Positions 24,601 through 37,769 of a stretch of DNA of 64,000 bases are shown piece by piece. The notes beneath the pieces were generated by a model. It was not told the origin of the DNA and did not search any database. It saw nothing but the letters and a program-made list of their open reading frames with translations. Where the stretch lies: the NCBI GenBank assembly GCA_050084515.1, contig CM114271.1, forward strand, positions 5,766,001-5,830,000, given 5' to 3'. The position numbers and the translations under genes were made by a program. Position 1 is the first letter of the stretch, and each line of letters starts with the position of its first letter. This stretch comes from Blasia pusilla. Lineage: Eukaryota.

Positions 24601-27600
24601 TACCGCAACATAGCAACCTTTCACGATTTTCCCAGACTGATTGCTCCTTCTCCTGCATAGCTTTGGTGCTTATCCCAGTTTTGGAGAAGCTCAACAAGTC
24701 TTACATTGGTGACAATATAAGTCTTGTCGAGCTTCTCCAAAATTTCCTTCTTAGTGTTTTTGGGCAGATTGTGGCACTCACAAAGCCGTTCCTGGCAGTC
24801 AAGGCACCAGTATTTTTCCCTGGCAGCAGTGGTATCCTCATATGCTCCAAAAGCTCTTGAAGCAAAGGTGATGAAGGTCATCATCACGGATGACCCTCGA
24901 GGTTATCCTTGATGAAGAATTTGATCAGAGTTTTGATAGCATGAATCTCCATTGGGACCTCTCCAAACTCAGCCAGCAGCAGGTCATGAGCAGTTGTTCT
25001 CCTAATTCCCAGATTAAGAGTTCCTGGTGAGCATCCAGTCCCTTGGGCCCCAGATTTCAGAAGCATACAGAATGGCTGGGATGACGAGGGCTTTGGGGGT
25101 GTGTGTGTGTGTCACATTTCCATTCTCGTGCAATTTGATTCCAGGAGGTGAAGATATCTCAAACCTGCATTAGATTTCTGTTACTGCCGCTGGTTGTTTG
25201 ACGGTTCTAGTTTAGAGCCTTACCTCTAGCTGGATGTACTGACCCACAATCTCTATAATTTCCCTTCTCAATATGTAAAGGGGTGTAACCACTTTGGTGC
25301 TGGGAGTTCAAAACCAAAGATTAGTATTCTGTTTTTTGCAGATTGACTTCCATTTCTGATCTATTGCAGAATCCCCATCTGTAGTGAAATCAAATGTAGT
25401 TGGAGACTATGTGCTGTTTTGGACATGAAAATAATGTCATTTGAGAAAAACAGCAGTTGTATCAAACAACATGCGAGTTCAAGTGGATTACCATCGACCT
25501 CAAAGAGTACTTCCTCCAATTCATCTATGTAAAGCCCAAATAATGAAGGTGAAGTGGGGAGTTCTGTTTCACTCGGATATTGGAAGACGCTTTATCTGAG
25601 TAACAATGATATCAGTGGTGATCTTTGCCGACTCCTTGGCATAGAACATTTTGATTGAAGTCAACAAAAAGAGCAAACAGTTTATTTGGGCTTGTAATTA
25701 TTGATGGTGTTGGAGGTTTCTTCAATGAGTACCCAAAATGCGAGAACGCGGTCGAGGGTGGTGTGTGATCTCCAGAAACCAGCCTGCCCTCGAGGCTGGG
25801 CATTAATCTTATCAACAGTAGTCCATACTGGTTAACCATGAGTAAACTCACCATAATAGTTCTGTAGTTGGAGGTCACCGTCTTTGGTCTGTTCTTGAAG
25901 AATGGGCAAATAGAATTTATTGTCCATTCATCTGCAGTTGGCGCAGGAAACCCTGTTGAACTGCAGTATTAAACATTTTGGCGAGTTTTGGAGCAGTAGC
26001 CTCATTTACTAATTTGAGCATCTGAGCCTAGAATTGGAGGTCATCCTAAGGTGAATTGTGTAACCTTCGGATGCTTTACGTGACTACCACTGGGGTGACG
26101 AGATCCGGCAGGTCCTTGTCCCCATCCAGCCATGGATTGGACAAAAAGCAGTCTTAGAATTGTAAATCTGGCAACCATAGGTGGTCCATACCTGAAGATC
26201 TTGGGGAAGGATGTTGTGTTCCTTTTCCGGAATATTCCCCAGAAGCTGGCTGAGTCGTATTCAATTTCCCTGCATATTCTTAGATTTTTTTTTCAGCAAT
26301 GTACACGGGTTTCTTCCTATGCAACATTCACTTGTATGTGCCTTGCAGCTGTTTAGTGTATAGATTGTTGTTCGGCCCTCATGGAGTGGTTGGGTTCTAT
26401 ATGCACCAACTTACATTCATTGTCAGACGATGGCTTTGAGATGAGTGTGCAGGTTGGAGCAGTCTGTTTGCCTCCATTTAACTGGAATGGGAAGACTTTT
26501 CTGTAACAGTCATGTTGAACGTCACTCAAATGTGTGGTGTTCATAGTTGATGAGCAGTTTCTGAGTGCATCAGTGACCATTATACTAAGTTTGTCTGCTT
26601 TCCCCCACAGTTAAGTGTAATAAGAGAGTGATAGAGAGAGTTGCAGTGGACTTGTGGGACAGTAGATGAGAGGAGAAGTGGCCATATATCTTGAGACATT
26701 AATGTTGAAGAGTTTTATGCTGCAGGACGACATCACCCCTTCCTGACACTGGACAATGGCTGTTCCTGTACTTGAACGAAAAGCTTCCAGAAAGGGTTGT
26801 TGAATTCTTGCGAGCACCATTGGTTGGTCTCCATCACTACCTGATATTGATCCTCATGCTAGGATTTTCTACACTCTTTGGATGCGTCAAGGCTCCCGGG
26901 TTGGGCATTGGAGCAAGATACATGGTTTCTATGGGAATCGGCAGGCTATTGCGTGTAATAACCTTTGTTCCCACAATTCTTCCATCAGCACGACCATGGT
27001 GTGCACATGCCCGCTTCCGCACTGCCAATCATCCACACCCATGGGCTCAAAAGTACTTCACCCCTTATGCAAGTGATCCTGAAGCAATACGGAAGCTCAT
27101 TCGAACTGATGAAGCTTTTGGTGAGACATCAAAGATCAGAGTGCTCTAGGACTTTCTGCTTTCATTCTTACCCCACCCTACCTGGCTGCAGATTGACTTG
27201 GATGGTTTTGTGTTGTTGATGTTATTTCTCAATTGTGAGGATGTAAGACAGTTCAGCCTGCCTTCATGATGCAAATGAATCAGATTCAAGTCTGACTGTA
27301 GCTGAAAGGTAAAACCTGTAAATTAGTGATGGGTATGGTTGGCCTATTAGCAGAAGTTATGCTGTCCTTGATTTGCTCACTGTTGTCACTTTTATTTGGG
27401 CATGCCGCAGCTCCTGTAGGTACGTTTCCGCCTGAATTTATTCCAAACTGGGGCTACATGCAGTTCCTGGTCAACATTCTGAGGCCTCCGGATCCTGAAG
27501 CTTATCCCGAATTCAAAGGAGAATCCTGGTTCACTACCCTGAAGAGAGCTGGAGGAGGTTGCAATGATCTGATTTTCAGTGGACACATCTTGGTTTCAGT

Positions 27601-28843
27601 TTTGACAGCCATGGCATGGACGGTAGGTTGGCACCTCACGCTTGTTTCTTATTGCAGAATTTGGTTCAATGCTTGAGACAGATTCTTGTGCATGTGATAA
27701 AGGGGGCAGTCAAATAAGACTGAGATCTGACCATAAACACATTGACGCAAAATTGATCATACTGACACTCTTAGGATACAAATTACATTTTCTGGGTCCT
27801 AAGATCTAGATCACAAGCTCTAAATGAGAGTAAAAGTAGCCAGGTAGTCAAAAGATGGCAGATGTTCCATTCAAATGCATATTCAAAAGCCTAGGGTCCT
27901 GCACACAGCAGAGGAAACTGGGTCTGGGTTGAGGAGGAGTCTAAGGCTTACATTGAATGACAATTTCAGTATTCTATATCTCAAAGGCAAGCTGTATCCT
28001 AAGAGTGTCAGTATGATCTATTTTGGGTAGGTGTATCTGTGGTCAGTAGCTAACTGAGTTTGTAGAATTATGTTTATTCCATTGGATATTTTATTTGTTG
28101 ATACCACAGTTTGTTGACGAGTTTTTTTGTTCTTTTGGAGATTCTATTTCTTGGGGAAGTCGAAGTCCTTGTTTCATTCGGATCACCTTTGGCCTATTTT
28201 TATTGGTCTCTCTAAGACAGTTCTTTGAGAGATTTCTTCCTAGACCCTTTTGTGTCAAGAGAGCCTTTTTCTCGATTTGTTTAGTGGGTGTGGGAGAAGG
28301 TCAGGTAGTCAAATTTTAGTTCAAGCATTGTACGAGTCTCCATAGATAACTGCACACACGAATGTGATTGTCAGAGGTTCTACTATGTCTGGGTTTAACT
28401 AAAAATATGGTCACTATTTTTACTCATCTTTTATCTGGATCAAATTGCAGGAGGCATACCCAGGTTGGACCTCTGGTTTCATATGGTTTCTCGTTTTTCA
28501 TTCTGCCCAAAGGGAGATCAGAGAGAGGCACCACTACAGTGTGGATGTGACTTCTGGGCTCTACATGGGAGTTTTAATTTGGTGGTTGACAAGCTTTGTG
28601 TGGTCCAAATATGATGAACGGAAGGCAATGAGAACTAAGCTGATGATGCAAAGGGAAGACGCATTAATAAAAGCTGCCAAGGATGGGGATCTAGAAGAGA
28701 TCCGAACAATATTGAATGAGGTTGAGAATGTTGGGCATGAGAATTTACGTTTGAAGTTATCAGACAGCATTATTGCAGCTAGTATACTTACTTTAACATT
28801 AGCCATGTGCTTGTTAGCTTTTGTGTGGACCGAGAATGGTTGA
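21664..28843 (+). CDS. PLM: PHLOEM UNLOADING MODULATOR-like protein (sphingomyelin synthase/IPC-synthase-like, PAP2 superfamily membrane enzyme); join(21664..21983,26726..27120,27411..27622,28451..28843), 439 aa
   Basis: All introns are GT-AG with matching phases (2,1,0), giving a 1320-nt ORF. Colinear with Arabidopsis PLM as I recall it (PLPDTGQW, KAPGLGIGARY, TILPSARPWC, WAQKY, GGGCNDL.FSGH, HSAQREIRERHHYSVD, AAKDGD). The SMS catalytic H/H/D motifs are intact. Confidence 0.95.
22350..26350 (-). mobile_element. Decayed non-LTR retrotransposon (RTE/RTEX-like LINE) fragments in PLM intron 1, 3' part present twice
   Basis: Minus-strand RT motifs: KMFN..QQG..EWTINSICPFFK, SNYRTIMV (~25860), LFALFVDF (~25660), SNIRVKQNSPTSPSLFGLYIDELEE (~25520-25585), LLFFSNDII. 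23300-24060 is a diverged duplicate of 24600-25420. Boundaries are approximate. Confidence 0.8.
27727..28046. mobile_element. MITE-like foldback element (~320 bp) in PLM intron 3
   Basis: ~54-bp imperfect TIRs with a perfect 26-bp core: gatcatactgacactcttaggataca (27755-27780) and its reverse complement (27993-28018). Termini CTGACC..GGTCAG; TA on the right flank only. Confidence 0.8.
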
Positions 28844-31800
28844 GAATCTCAACATTATCCTTGGGTGAAAGTTTCATACTATTTAAATTTTAACTCACTG
28901 GAATTCTCAGCAGCTCGCCTCTACCCCACTGGAATAACGTTCTTTGCTGCATGTTCAAGGTATTGCTCATGTCATAGAGGTGGCAGAGGTACTTACAATG
29001 TGGGCTGCTTGTCCCTTGTCCTATCTTGCAAGAGTCTAATTGAAGGATGGGATTCATCTTCATATCTATCCTCATGCATCATATTTAGATGGGATCCATA
29101 GTTCCCACAAGCCACTGATGAAAGCTGCATAAATGGTGCAAAAGATGGACACACATGGCTCATAGGTGAAGATTTGCATGTAATCACTATGGGACCCAAC
29201 CGTCAATTGGTGGTTCAGGTTGCAGTGAGGTGTTGCCATGGCTGGAACGATATCGTGGCCGGTTTGAAGATCCTTATCGACAGAGTACAGGTAACATAGT
29301 ATCTGTTTGTGTGGAGCAAGTACCCCCACGGTAATGCAACAGTTTCTTGGCCTGGAAAAATCTCTGACAGGATCTGCTAGCTTTAAGGGAAGCCTTTCCG
29401 TGGATCTAGAAAGTTGAGTCTGTTACACCATTGCATAATGTAACGCAAACTTGAGAGCAAATGTAGTCTTTAAGTTGTTGAAAGGCTTCCATGTTGGGGA
29501 AGGTATTGTTGTTGTTATTGGGCTCCCAAGAGTGGGTGATTTCTATTTAGAGCTGCACTACCTTGTGGTTGAAACCTCAAGCATCATGATACTCTCCACT
29601 AGCCAGTCTTTGAAAGCCTAGGTTGCCTCATTGACATGAATGTTTGGTAGATCTAGTATCTTGTATAAGAGTTTCCAGGTTGGAACTTGAAAGGTAAAAC
29701 AGTCCATCCTCAAATTCACCTTTCCTTGAATAGAGCACATACTTTGTATTCCTGAGTTACGAAGGGATTGAGATGTTCATAGTTTAGTCACTTGAGGTTT
29801 GTGTGTAGATTGTCTCGACAATCTACACACAAACCTAGAGATTTAGGTATGCTCAATACTCTTATGACTCTTAATTTCTTGATAATTTTTGGGTCCACCA
29901 ATAACCATCAATTTCTTTTTTTGGGAAAATTTATATTATTATGGGAGAAGCGCCTTTTTGATTTGCAAACACTTCTTTGTTTGATACGTGGCAATTGGAC
30001 AACAAGAAAATGTCACATGTTACGGGCAATAAGAAAAAAAAATTGAACTCATGTGCAACATCATTAATCTCTTCCCTTCAAAGTTTACACACGGTCTTTT
30101 CAAACACTTTTTTATTTTGCATGCTTTCTATGAGCAACTTATTAGTTTCATCTGATTTTCCTTCATCATAAGTACTTCAATCCTTCATTTGGACATAAAA
30201 AAAATTATGTTGTGCTTTGTTTTTGGATGTAAATCTATTTTTTTGGTGCTTGGTTCAAATTCGCCGTTTAAAGAACAAGTTATGATATGAGATTTATTCG
30301 TTCATGTACAGCATGTCTTTATTCTCTTCTTATTTCAATGTCATCTCACTAAATCACGTTTTTATTGAAGGTCGCGTCAATTCACATCCTCTTTTCTACC
30401 AACAAGACTAATTCCCCTTTCTTACTCAGCCAGGTTTGAGTTATCTCATCCCTTGGATCCATGATATATTTTCTCTCTAATTTAGAAATGTCTTATCTTT
30501 GCTGATTGTGGTTCAAATTCTTAGGATTTTCTTCATTCATCACTAATTCATTCAACCCTAACCTTGGTAGCAAGGGTTAGAATATGGATACATAATGTCA
30601 TAATTCTCACACGCGAGATCATCGAAAATGAAAAGATAAAGATGAAGAAACACAAAGGAAAAGTCTATTCTAAAATCCATTGGCCACATGATGTATTATG
30701 CGATTCTAGTGTTTTGTGTTTTATAAGAGTAGGGGTAAACAATATAATGAAAAGAAAAGAAGGAAAACATGTATTCTATTAATTGGATACATTCAAAAAT
30801 TTGGAGTGTCTTACTTTAATGGCATTATTTGAAGAAAATATATATCATAATGAAAGAGAGTGGCAAGATAAGCCAAATAATATAAGATTACCCAATTTTG
30901 CTTTTCCTTGTTTGCTTGCCCTCATTCCATAAGTTTGTTAACAAATGTTGGTCCCTTTCAAAACCAATGTACAACCTTTGTGACTCGTGGAGAAGAGAGT
31001 AACTAACATATACGTGCAATAGGACACGTGGATAGCCTAGATGGCCCGGAAAAAAAATGTCGAGCACTTGTAGAGGCCATAAAGAGAAGAAAAAACAATT
31101 CGTGGTAAGCTTTGGTTCCTAATCCTTTCACATTCCTTCCTCTACAAGATTACCATTCCCGTGAATTAACATGCTCAATAACTATGGGTCCAAACCGTTA
31201 ACATTAACACACATAACTTTACAAGACCATCCATCGAATCCCATCACAACTATTGATGACAAGAACTCTAAATTGGAGAAAATAGCTACTGCATACATTA
31301 AAGGAAGATCTACCAAATCGAATTATTTGGTTTCCTATTGAAAAGGAAATCCCCATTTATTTTTCCAAGCTCCTAGTTTATCCTATCCTTTCTCTTACTA
31401 GCATGAAAATAAAACAAGATATACCAAATATAGGAAAACCTAAGGGTGAAAAAGAAGAATAAACACCCATTAAATTTTCCCCTTGTACCTTCTCTAATAC
31501 CTTCTTTTGCCGAACAAATAAATCTACGAAGATCGACAAAATCTAGGAATCTTAAGGTGAGGAGGAAAAAGAAAATAAATAAATAAAGCAAGCTCCATGT
31601 ATTTTTCTCATGCTTTTAGTTTATCTAAGACCTCCTCTCTTACCCCGTAAATATAGAAAATATATGTTGTTGATGATTGGGAGTATACATATGGGGAGAT
31701 GGAATGGTCCTCCTCCCATTCTCAAACGCTTTGCAAAGCCACAAATTTATAGACTAGAATTCACTCTAAAACATAGAGAGATTGCATTCTTTATCAAGAG

Positions 31801-33149
31801 TTTAATCGCTTATATTTGAAGATCTCTCTCTTATTTAGGGTATTACCCATGTGCCTGTGGTGATATCTTTGGATGGATTTAAGTGGTCCATTGCTCCTGA
31901 AAATATTTATGATTATCCATCACTTCCCCTTTAAATTATAGGGATAGCACAACATGTAATTTATGGGGCCATAACCTCTTAACCTCTACCCCTAATACCA
32001 AGTAAGCTAATGCATTGGCATTTAATGATAGTGATTATTGTTAGATACAAGCCAATGTCCGAGGAGAACTCGGGTTACATGTTGACTCATGGTAGAAATT
32101 TAAAATTTCCATTTTTCTTTTTGAATCGTCAATAAAAAAATAGACTTAAGTCAAGGGTTCCCTTTGTCCTTTGTATGAAACAACTAGCCAAAATTAAGCA
32201 GACCTAATTTTCTTTTGCCATATACATATCAGAAAATGATTGGTTCTAGGAAGAAAAACTACTTGACACAAGCGTTGTTGGTAAAAGCCAATTCTATCAT
32301 TATATGTTAAGTTAGAAGAAGAGAAGAAGAAGAAGAAGAAAGGCCACAATGAAATATGAACGCATTTTGCTACATACACATTACTACACAACATTCATCA
32401 TTTTCACCTACATACATAAATATAAATTATCACATAATGTATCATATCCATATATACATCATGACATGAAGAGGTCATCCGATAAAAATCAAATGGGAAA
32501 CACATTGCTCTTCAATAACACTAAATAATCATAAACTCAAACTCATCATGAATATAAGGGAATCCATGTTTAATGCATGTCAAAAGCACTCAGCCCTAAC
32601 CTATACTTGAAAGGTTTACCTGTAGAGAGATAAACCCCTCCAAGACTCCCCTTGGGATATATCTATCTCCAAACCCCAATGATCCAAGAAGATGACATAT
32701 GCATACATGTCACCTCAAACTGCTAAACAGGTTCCCAACTAATCAAGAGCCTCCAAGAAGGTTCCAAGAAACTCCCCAAAGGATGATATGCACACACATG
32801 TTACCAAAGGAGGCCATAAGGTCATTCCTAGCCTCTCTACAATGTCCACACCTAACTACACATATAGCCTACTAAGGCATATTATCTACTTTAGCTCGAC
32901 TACAACGAAAGTTATCATGCACATATATATTGTTGCACAACATACATCACTATTACATGAAATATAACAAATCACATCCATATGTTACCATCATATAAAG
33001 AGACCACCCAATTGCCCTCCAAGCTAGTTGTTGGGTCTCTTTAACCCCAAATAGCCAAAAAAAAATTTGAGAGTAACATGCACCTTTTTTTCCTAAGATC
33101 AAAAGGCCATGTGTCTCAATGGACACTGAATATTTATAACACACAATAT

Positions 33150-36100
33150 GTACAAAATCGACGAGGAACTCCATCTGTGCACTCCTGAAAAATTGAACTA
33201 AATACATGCCTTACCTCATGTCCCAATGTTTTTGTCTCTATGGATGGATTGTTATCTGCATCCTCAGCCAAGTCTTCACCAATCACTCTAGACTCAATAG
33301 AGGCAGGTGCATCACTTTCCCACGCATCAAGACTATTGAAATCCCTTGGCATTGGATCATCAACTTCTGTTTCATCAACACTAGACTCCTCGGGTGTTCT
33401 ATGAAATCCTCAAAGTTATCACATGCAATTGCCTCATTTATAACAGTACAATCAGGCAATGTCTCTGCCTCCACATCTCATGGATGTAACCACAATTGCC
33501 TCTCACATGTAGGCAAAAAGGATCTAGGATTCAACCTGATCATTATTCATTTGGCTTCATCCAAACCCTTTTTAAGGGCATCAACTACCAGCTCATTAGT
33601 ATGAATCAATGAATAGTCAAACAAGTTGGGAGAACCTTCTCCTACACCTAACGGATGGAGTGTTTCCCACACATGATCTTGCTTTGGATGAGACTGGGAA
33701 ATCTTTAATCCTTCTAGTCCAAATTCCAAGCCATCTAATCTATTCAATCCCATTGCACTATCCAACAAAGACCAAAATCATAGTTGAATTCATGGGCGCT
33801 CATTCCACCTATCTTGCTGAAGAAGATCTCACAACAGTCAGATCCTAGGAGATGAAATGGAACTTGCAAGTATGGATACTTGTCACGGAATGCACACATT
33901 AGTAATAAAATAAATGCCAAGACATGTTGATATCATGGAAAGCTTGCACTGATATCATGTTTTTTTCTCTCATAGATCCTACACTCCCTCTCACAGAATG
34001 ATCACCATATCTTAGCTAAAGTCTTCATAGTCAAAAGAACCATCACACTTTAGATGCCAAAACTACACGACTCCTCAAGTCATGCTTACATGAGAAAAAA
34101 ATATCAATGTAATCACCACAAACCTCCAAGTATAGTTGGGTCCCTAGTTTCTGTCATGACGAACATCCATTCTCTCAAACATATCTTACAAACAAGCTTG
34201 CACTCTCTTTGAAGACAATTCGTTGAGGCCCAACCCAATTTTTCCTGTCAGTCCTATTCACATCATCCCACGTCAAGCCATGCTCATGAACTTTGTAGTG
34301 GTTATAGACATTTGTCACATATGATAGAGATGCATGTTGATCTCCAAGGACACAAGTAGTTGAGCATCTATCCAATGGATTAATTTCCTTCTTTCCATTG
34401 TGAGGTGCATCCTGGTCTCCAAAGCCATAGAGATCACCATTAGGAAGAACATAGATAGAAAACTGCCATCCTTCCTATCCCACGTTGTACCTTGGTGCAG
34501 TAGAGTTGACACCCCTAAAATCCTCGATCATTAGTTTTCTCCGACGGGCATCCGCGTCACTGGCATGTCCCAATAAAGGCCCGATATGAGCTTGACAATA
34601 CTCATCCCACATTGTTGTCAACATCATCCAATATTGTATCAGCCACTTTGCAGTGAACTTGTTACAAGTGGCAGTAACACAGATGGTCAATTTAGGCATA
34701 AACTCATGAAAAGGATTTACAATGATAACTCTAGCATACATGCCTTCAAAATAACCCTAGAAAGTACTTACAATCTTGTGGTAGCCCTCATCACTCTCCC
34801 GACCAATGCTTCCATTCCATATGAACACATGTGTGCCTCTTTGGGCCCGCAAAAACCAATCAGGGTATCATACTTGGCCTCCCATCTATCACACATGACT
34901 CTACAATGTTAGGTTATATTCACAAGGAACAAATCATTAAGTGTCTAATGATTTGTAGTACACAATATCAAACACTCACCTAGGCCTCTCCTTAATCCTT
35001 GTTTCGTCCTCTCCAAACATTACATGGACATCTCCTTCAATTCCAAGAGTATGCTTTGATGTTGACAAAATTCTGCCAACCTCCATGAATATCTCTTTGC
35101 GCAATCCAGCTCTGAAGGGTGGTAACTTGGCTGTGTCATGCTTCAATGTTTCAAGACTTAGACCACCTAAGTTCTTCTGGAAGCAGTGGGCCACTTGCCT
35201 ACCGCCAAATTGTAGCATTGCTTGGGCTATGGTTATGGTTCTCTTACTGTACCTAAATCCCTTTGCAGCCTTGGTTAGATTTCTAGCTACATCTATCATG
35301 AAATCCCATAACCCTTCTTTGGCACCAAATGCTCCAGTCCTATGCCCATTCATTATATTTTTAAGGAACAATCTAAGATCCTTACTATATGTAGCTACTC
35401 CTCTAGCTTCCTCCCCCTAGTACTCAACGTAGCTACTTTGGCAGCTTACTGAGACCGAAGCCATCATTGTTGTCTGAATTTGGAAGTCAAATTCCCAACG
35501 TGCTTTTTGTGCTCTATCTTGGTAAGATGGTCCAACCGTATTCCACCACTTGTATCTCTGGCTCCTCTTGTATCTCTGACTCTACACCTGATTTTAAATA
35601 GGTATGACATATTGGAATATTGAGGATCTCTGAGAGACAGTGTCACAAAAAACACCTTCGTGTCATCCCCAACATCCTCATTCAGTTGGGTGACAATATC
35701 TAGTCCTCTAGAGATGGCCTCACCATGATCAAATTGAGGTCTGTGAACATCACTAGGCTCCATCAATGATGCAGGAAATTTTCTTCTCTTACAGAAGCTA
35801 TCCTTGTGTTTCGGGTTAACTAAATGCTTTGTCCTAAAATTGATTAAGCAATTTGCAATAGCTTTCACATTCAGGGAGTTCTCTGCGTTCCCATAGTTCA
35901 CTCTACACTCCAAACACTCTAGATGTCCTCTGAAATATGTTCCATCATCCCATGTCCTCACCCTCCAATTGTGGTCCTTGTATCCATTCTTCTCAATCCA
36001 CTTCCCTAATCTCATGAACTCATCATTCCAGTATTTGGCAGCTTGCTCTGCCATCAACACTGATTCAAATCAGGCCCGAACAAGACATTGGTTTGAGACA

Positions 36101-36510
36101 TCAACCAAACTCAGTAGATGTGCCTCGGTTTCATATATATGGTTCTCAGACACAGGAGATGAACCCGCTACAATCTCAAAGACAATCGATATTGTGGCTC
36201 TAGAAGACTGGGAGGACATTTGCGTTGTCCTCCCACAAGGGCCCACAGGTAACTGTGGAATGACACCTACTATTCCATCCAATTCCACCAGCAGAATTAC
36301 CTTCTCTGCATTCCGATGCGTTCTACCAAGGAGTCTAAAGTCCCAAAAATCAAAATCCACAATTCCAAAATATTTCAGATGCATGTCTGCTAGAAATTGC
36401 CCATCTATGTAACCTAAAATATAAATTGGCCCATCATTTTGTGCTTCATCCCTCTTTTCAACCAATCTGATACTACCTCTATTAGAGGTCAACATTGGAC
36501 ACTATGGGAA
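33150..36510 (-). pseudogene. P-element/THAP9-like DDE transposase with upstream C2H2-like zinc fingers (stops, frameshifts, GT-AG intron 34886-34979)
   Basis: GFRYS...GG; D1 MFGEDETRIK (~35006); D2 GHASDADARRRKLM (~34556); DQDAPHNGKK (~34400, DxxH motif); DVNRTDRKNW; E in LLGSDCCEIFFS (~33829), comparable to the P-family QDxLExFFS. Zinc finger CLEC..KHLVNPKH (35464 ORF). Splicing the 94-nt intron restores KERPR-WEAKYDTLIGFCG. Confidence 0.75.
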
Positions 36511-36859
36511 TACACTCAAGAACCTATTATACAAGCCATAACAAAGAATACAAAACCATAAATCAGATCCAAAAAAATTCGTATTATCCAATGCCACCTT
36601 ACATTCAATATCAATCAATATTGCATTCTTTGAGACATGTTTCATAATTTTGAACGCCACTCACAAACATTGATATCACCTCCTTAATTTAAGACATTGC
36701 AAATGGACAGATAAAAGAAGAAATATCCTAGAAGGTACTTATTCCAAAATCCAATGGACCAACTTGCTATATGAACTAATGTTAAAGTCTCTATTGCATT
36801 TTTCCAACTACTGGAGTATCTTGGAAGGTACTCCTATTGGGGCTAGTCCCATGGCGAGA

Positions 36860-37500
36860 TCAATCACGAGTAGGCACAAATTGGCCCTCTGGAATGGTAT
36901 GATGACGGAAATACACAAGTTGCCACTTGCCAAAATTCCACCTGCCATTGACATCACAACCTTTTTGTAAGTGTTTCTTGCCTCTTGAGGTCTGATCATA
37001 ACACCAATCACGGGGGCATATTCGGCACTCCACTAAATCATATATACCATCGTGGTACACCTTGCATACATCACAATAGTGACGTGGGCATATGAGTGCA
37101 TTAGGAGAAGCGACAGGGTTGCCCACTATGTGGGTCTGCGGTAGTCCTACAAGAAGCAAGTGAGTCCTCAGACCACCCGGGTGATAAAAGGAGTAACAAT
37201 CATGGTGAGCACACTTGATGAGCCGTGTCTCAAACTCCGTATGTCCAAAAACACGACCCACCAGCCCACAAGAGAAACAAATGGCTATGTCATGAGCACA
37301 TAAGTGACACACCCAAGGTCCATTCTAGTCGTGATTTCGAGGCAGTACAACAGGGATGCAGGTCTGACCCTTGCCACTATCTAGGTTGGTGAGGATGCCA
37401 CCTCCAACCCAATGAAAGTGGAGACCACAAGCACCATCATAAAATAGAACATAAACTCCCTCATCGCAAGAAAAGCAACATGGGAGATCCATCCGGTGAT
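36860..37500 (-). pseudogene. EDM2/NSD-type tandem PHD zinc-finger module, upstream of and co-oriented with the transposase
   Basis: CFSCDEG..DGACGLHFH..C..*NGPWVCHLC..ICFSC..LIKCAHHDCYSFYHP..ICPRHYCDVC..LVECRICPR. ORFs 37325-37582 and 36860-37312 share a frame and are split by one TAG. The Cys/His spacing matches the EDM2/NSD PHD array as I recall it. Confidence 0.75.
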
Positions 37501-37769
37501 GCTCAACATAAGAGTACTGATCTAACAGGGGAACATTCGCCATTGTGTGTATGAGGTGTCCAATGATTCTTACCCATGACAAAGAATAGTCTGTGGCTCT
37601 GACTCTCTATGATGGACAACGTGGAGCAGCAGTCCATTGGCCTCCAATGGGGTTGTCACTTCCCTATGGGCTCCTTCAATACATCCTGCACAAATAGGGA
37701 ATAACCATGTGTAGTCAGAATTATACACAATTATAGATGTACAAACTTCACAATAAACAGAGCAATAAC

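Noticed and set aside
29900-32000. AT-rich intergenic region with short ORFs, possible LINE debris
   Set aside because: No convincing protein motifs or termini.
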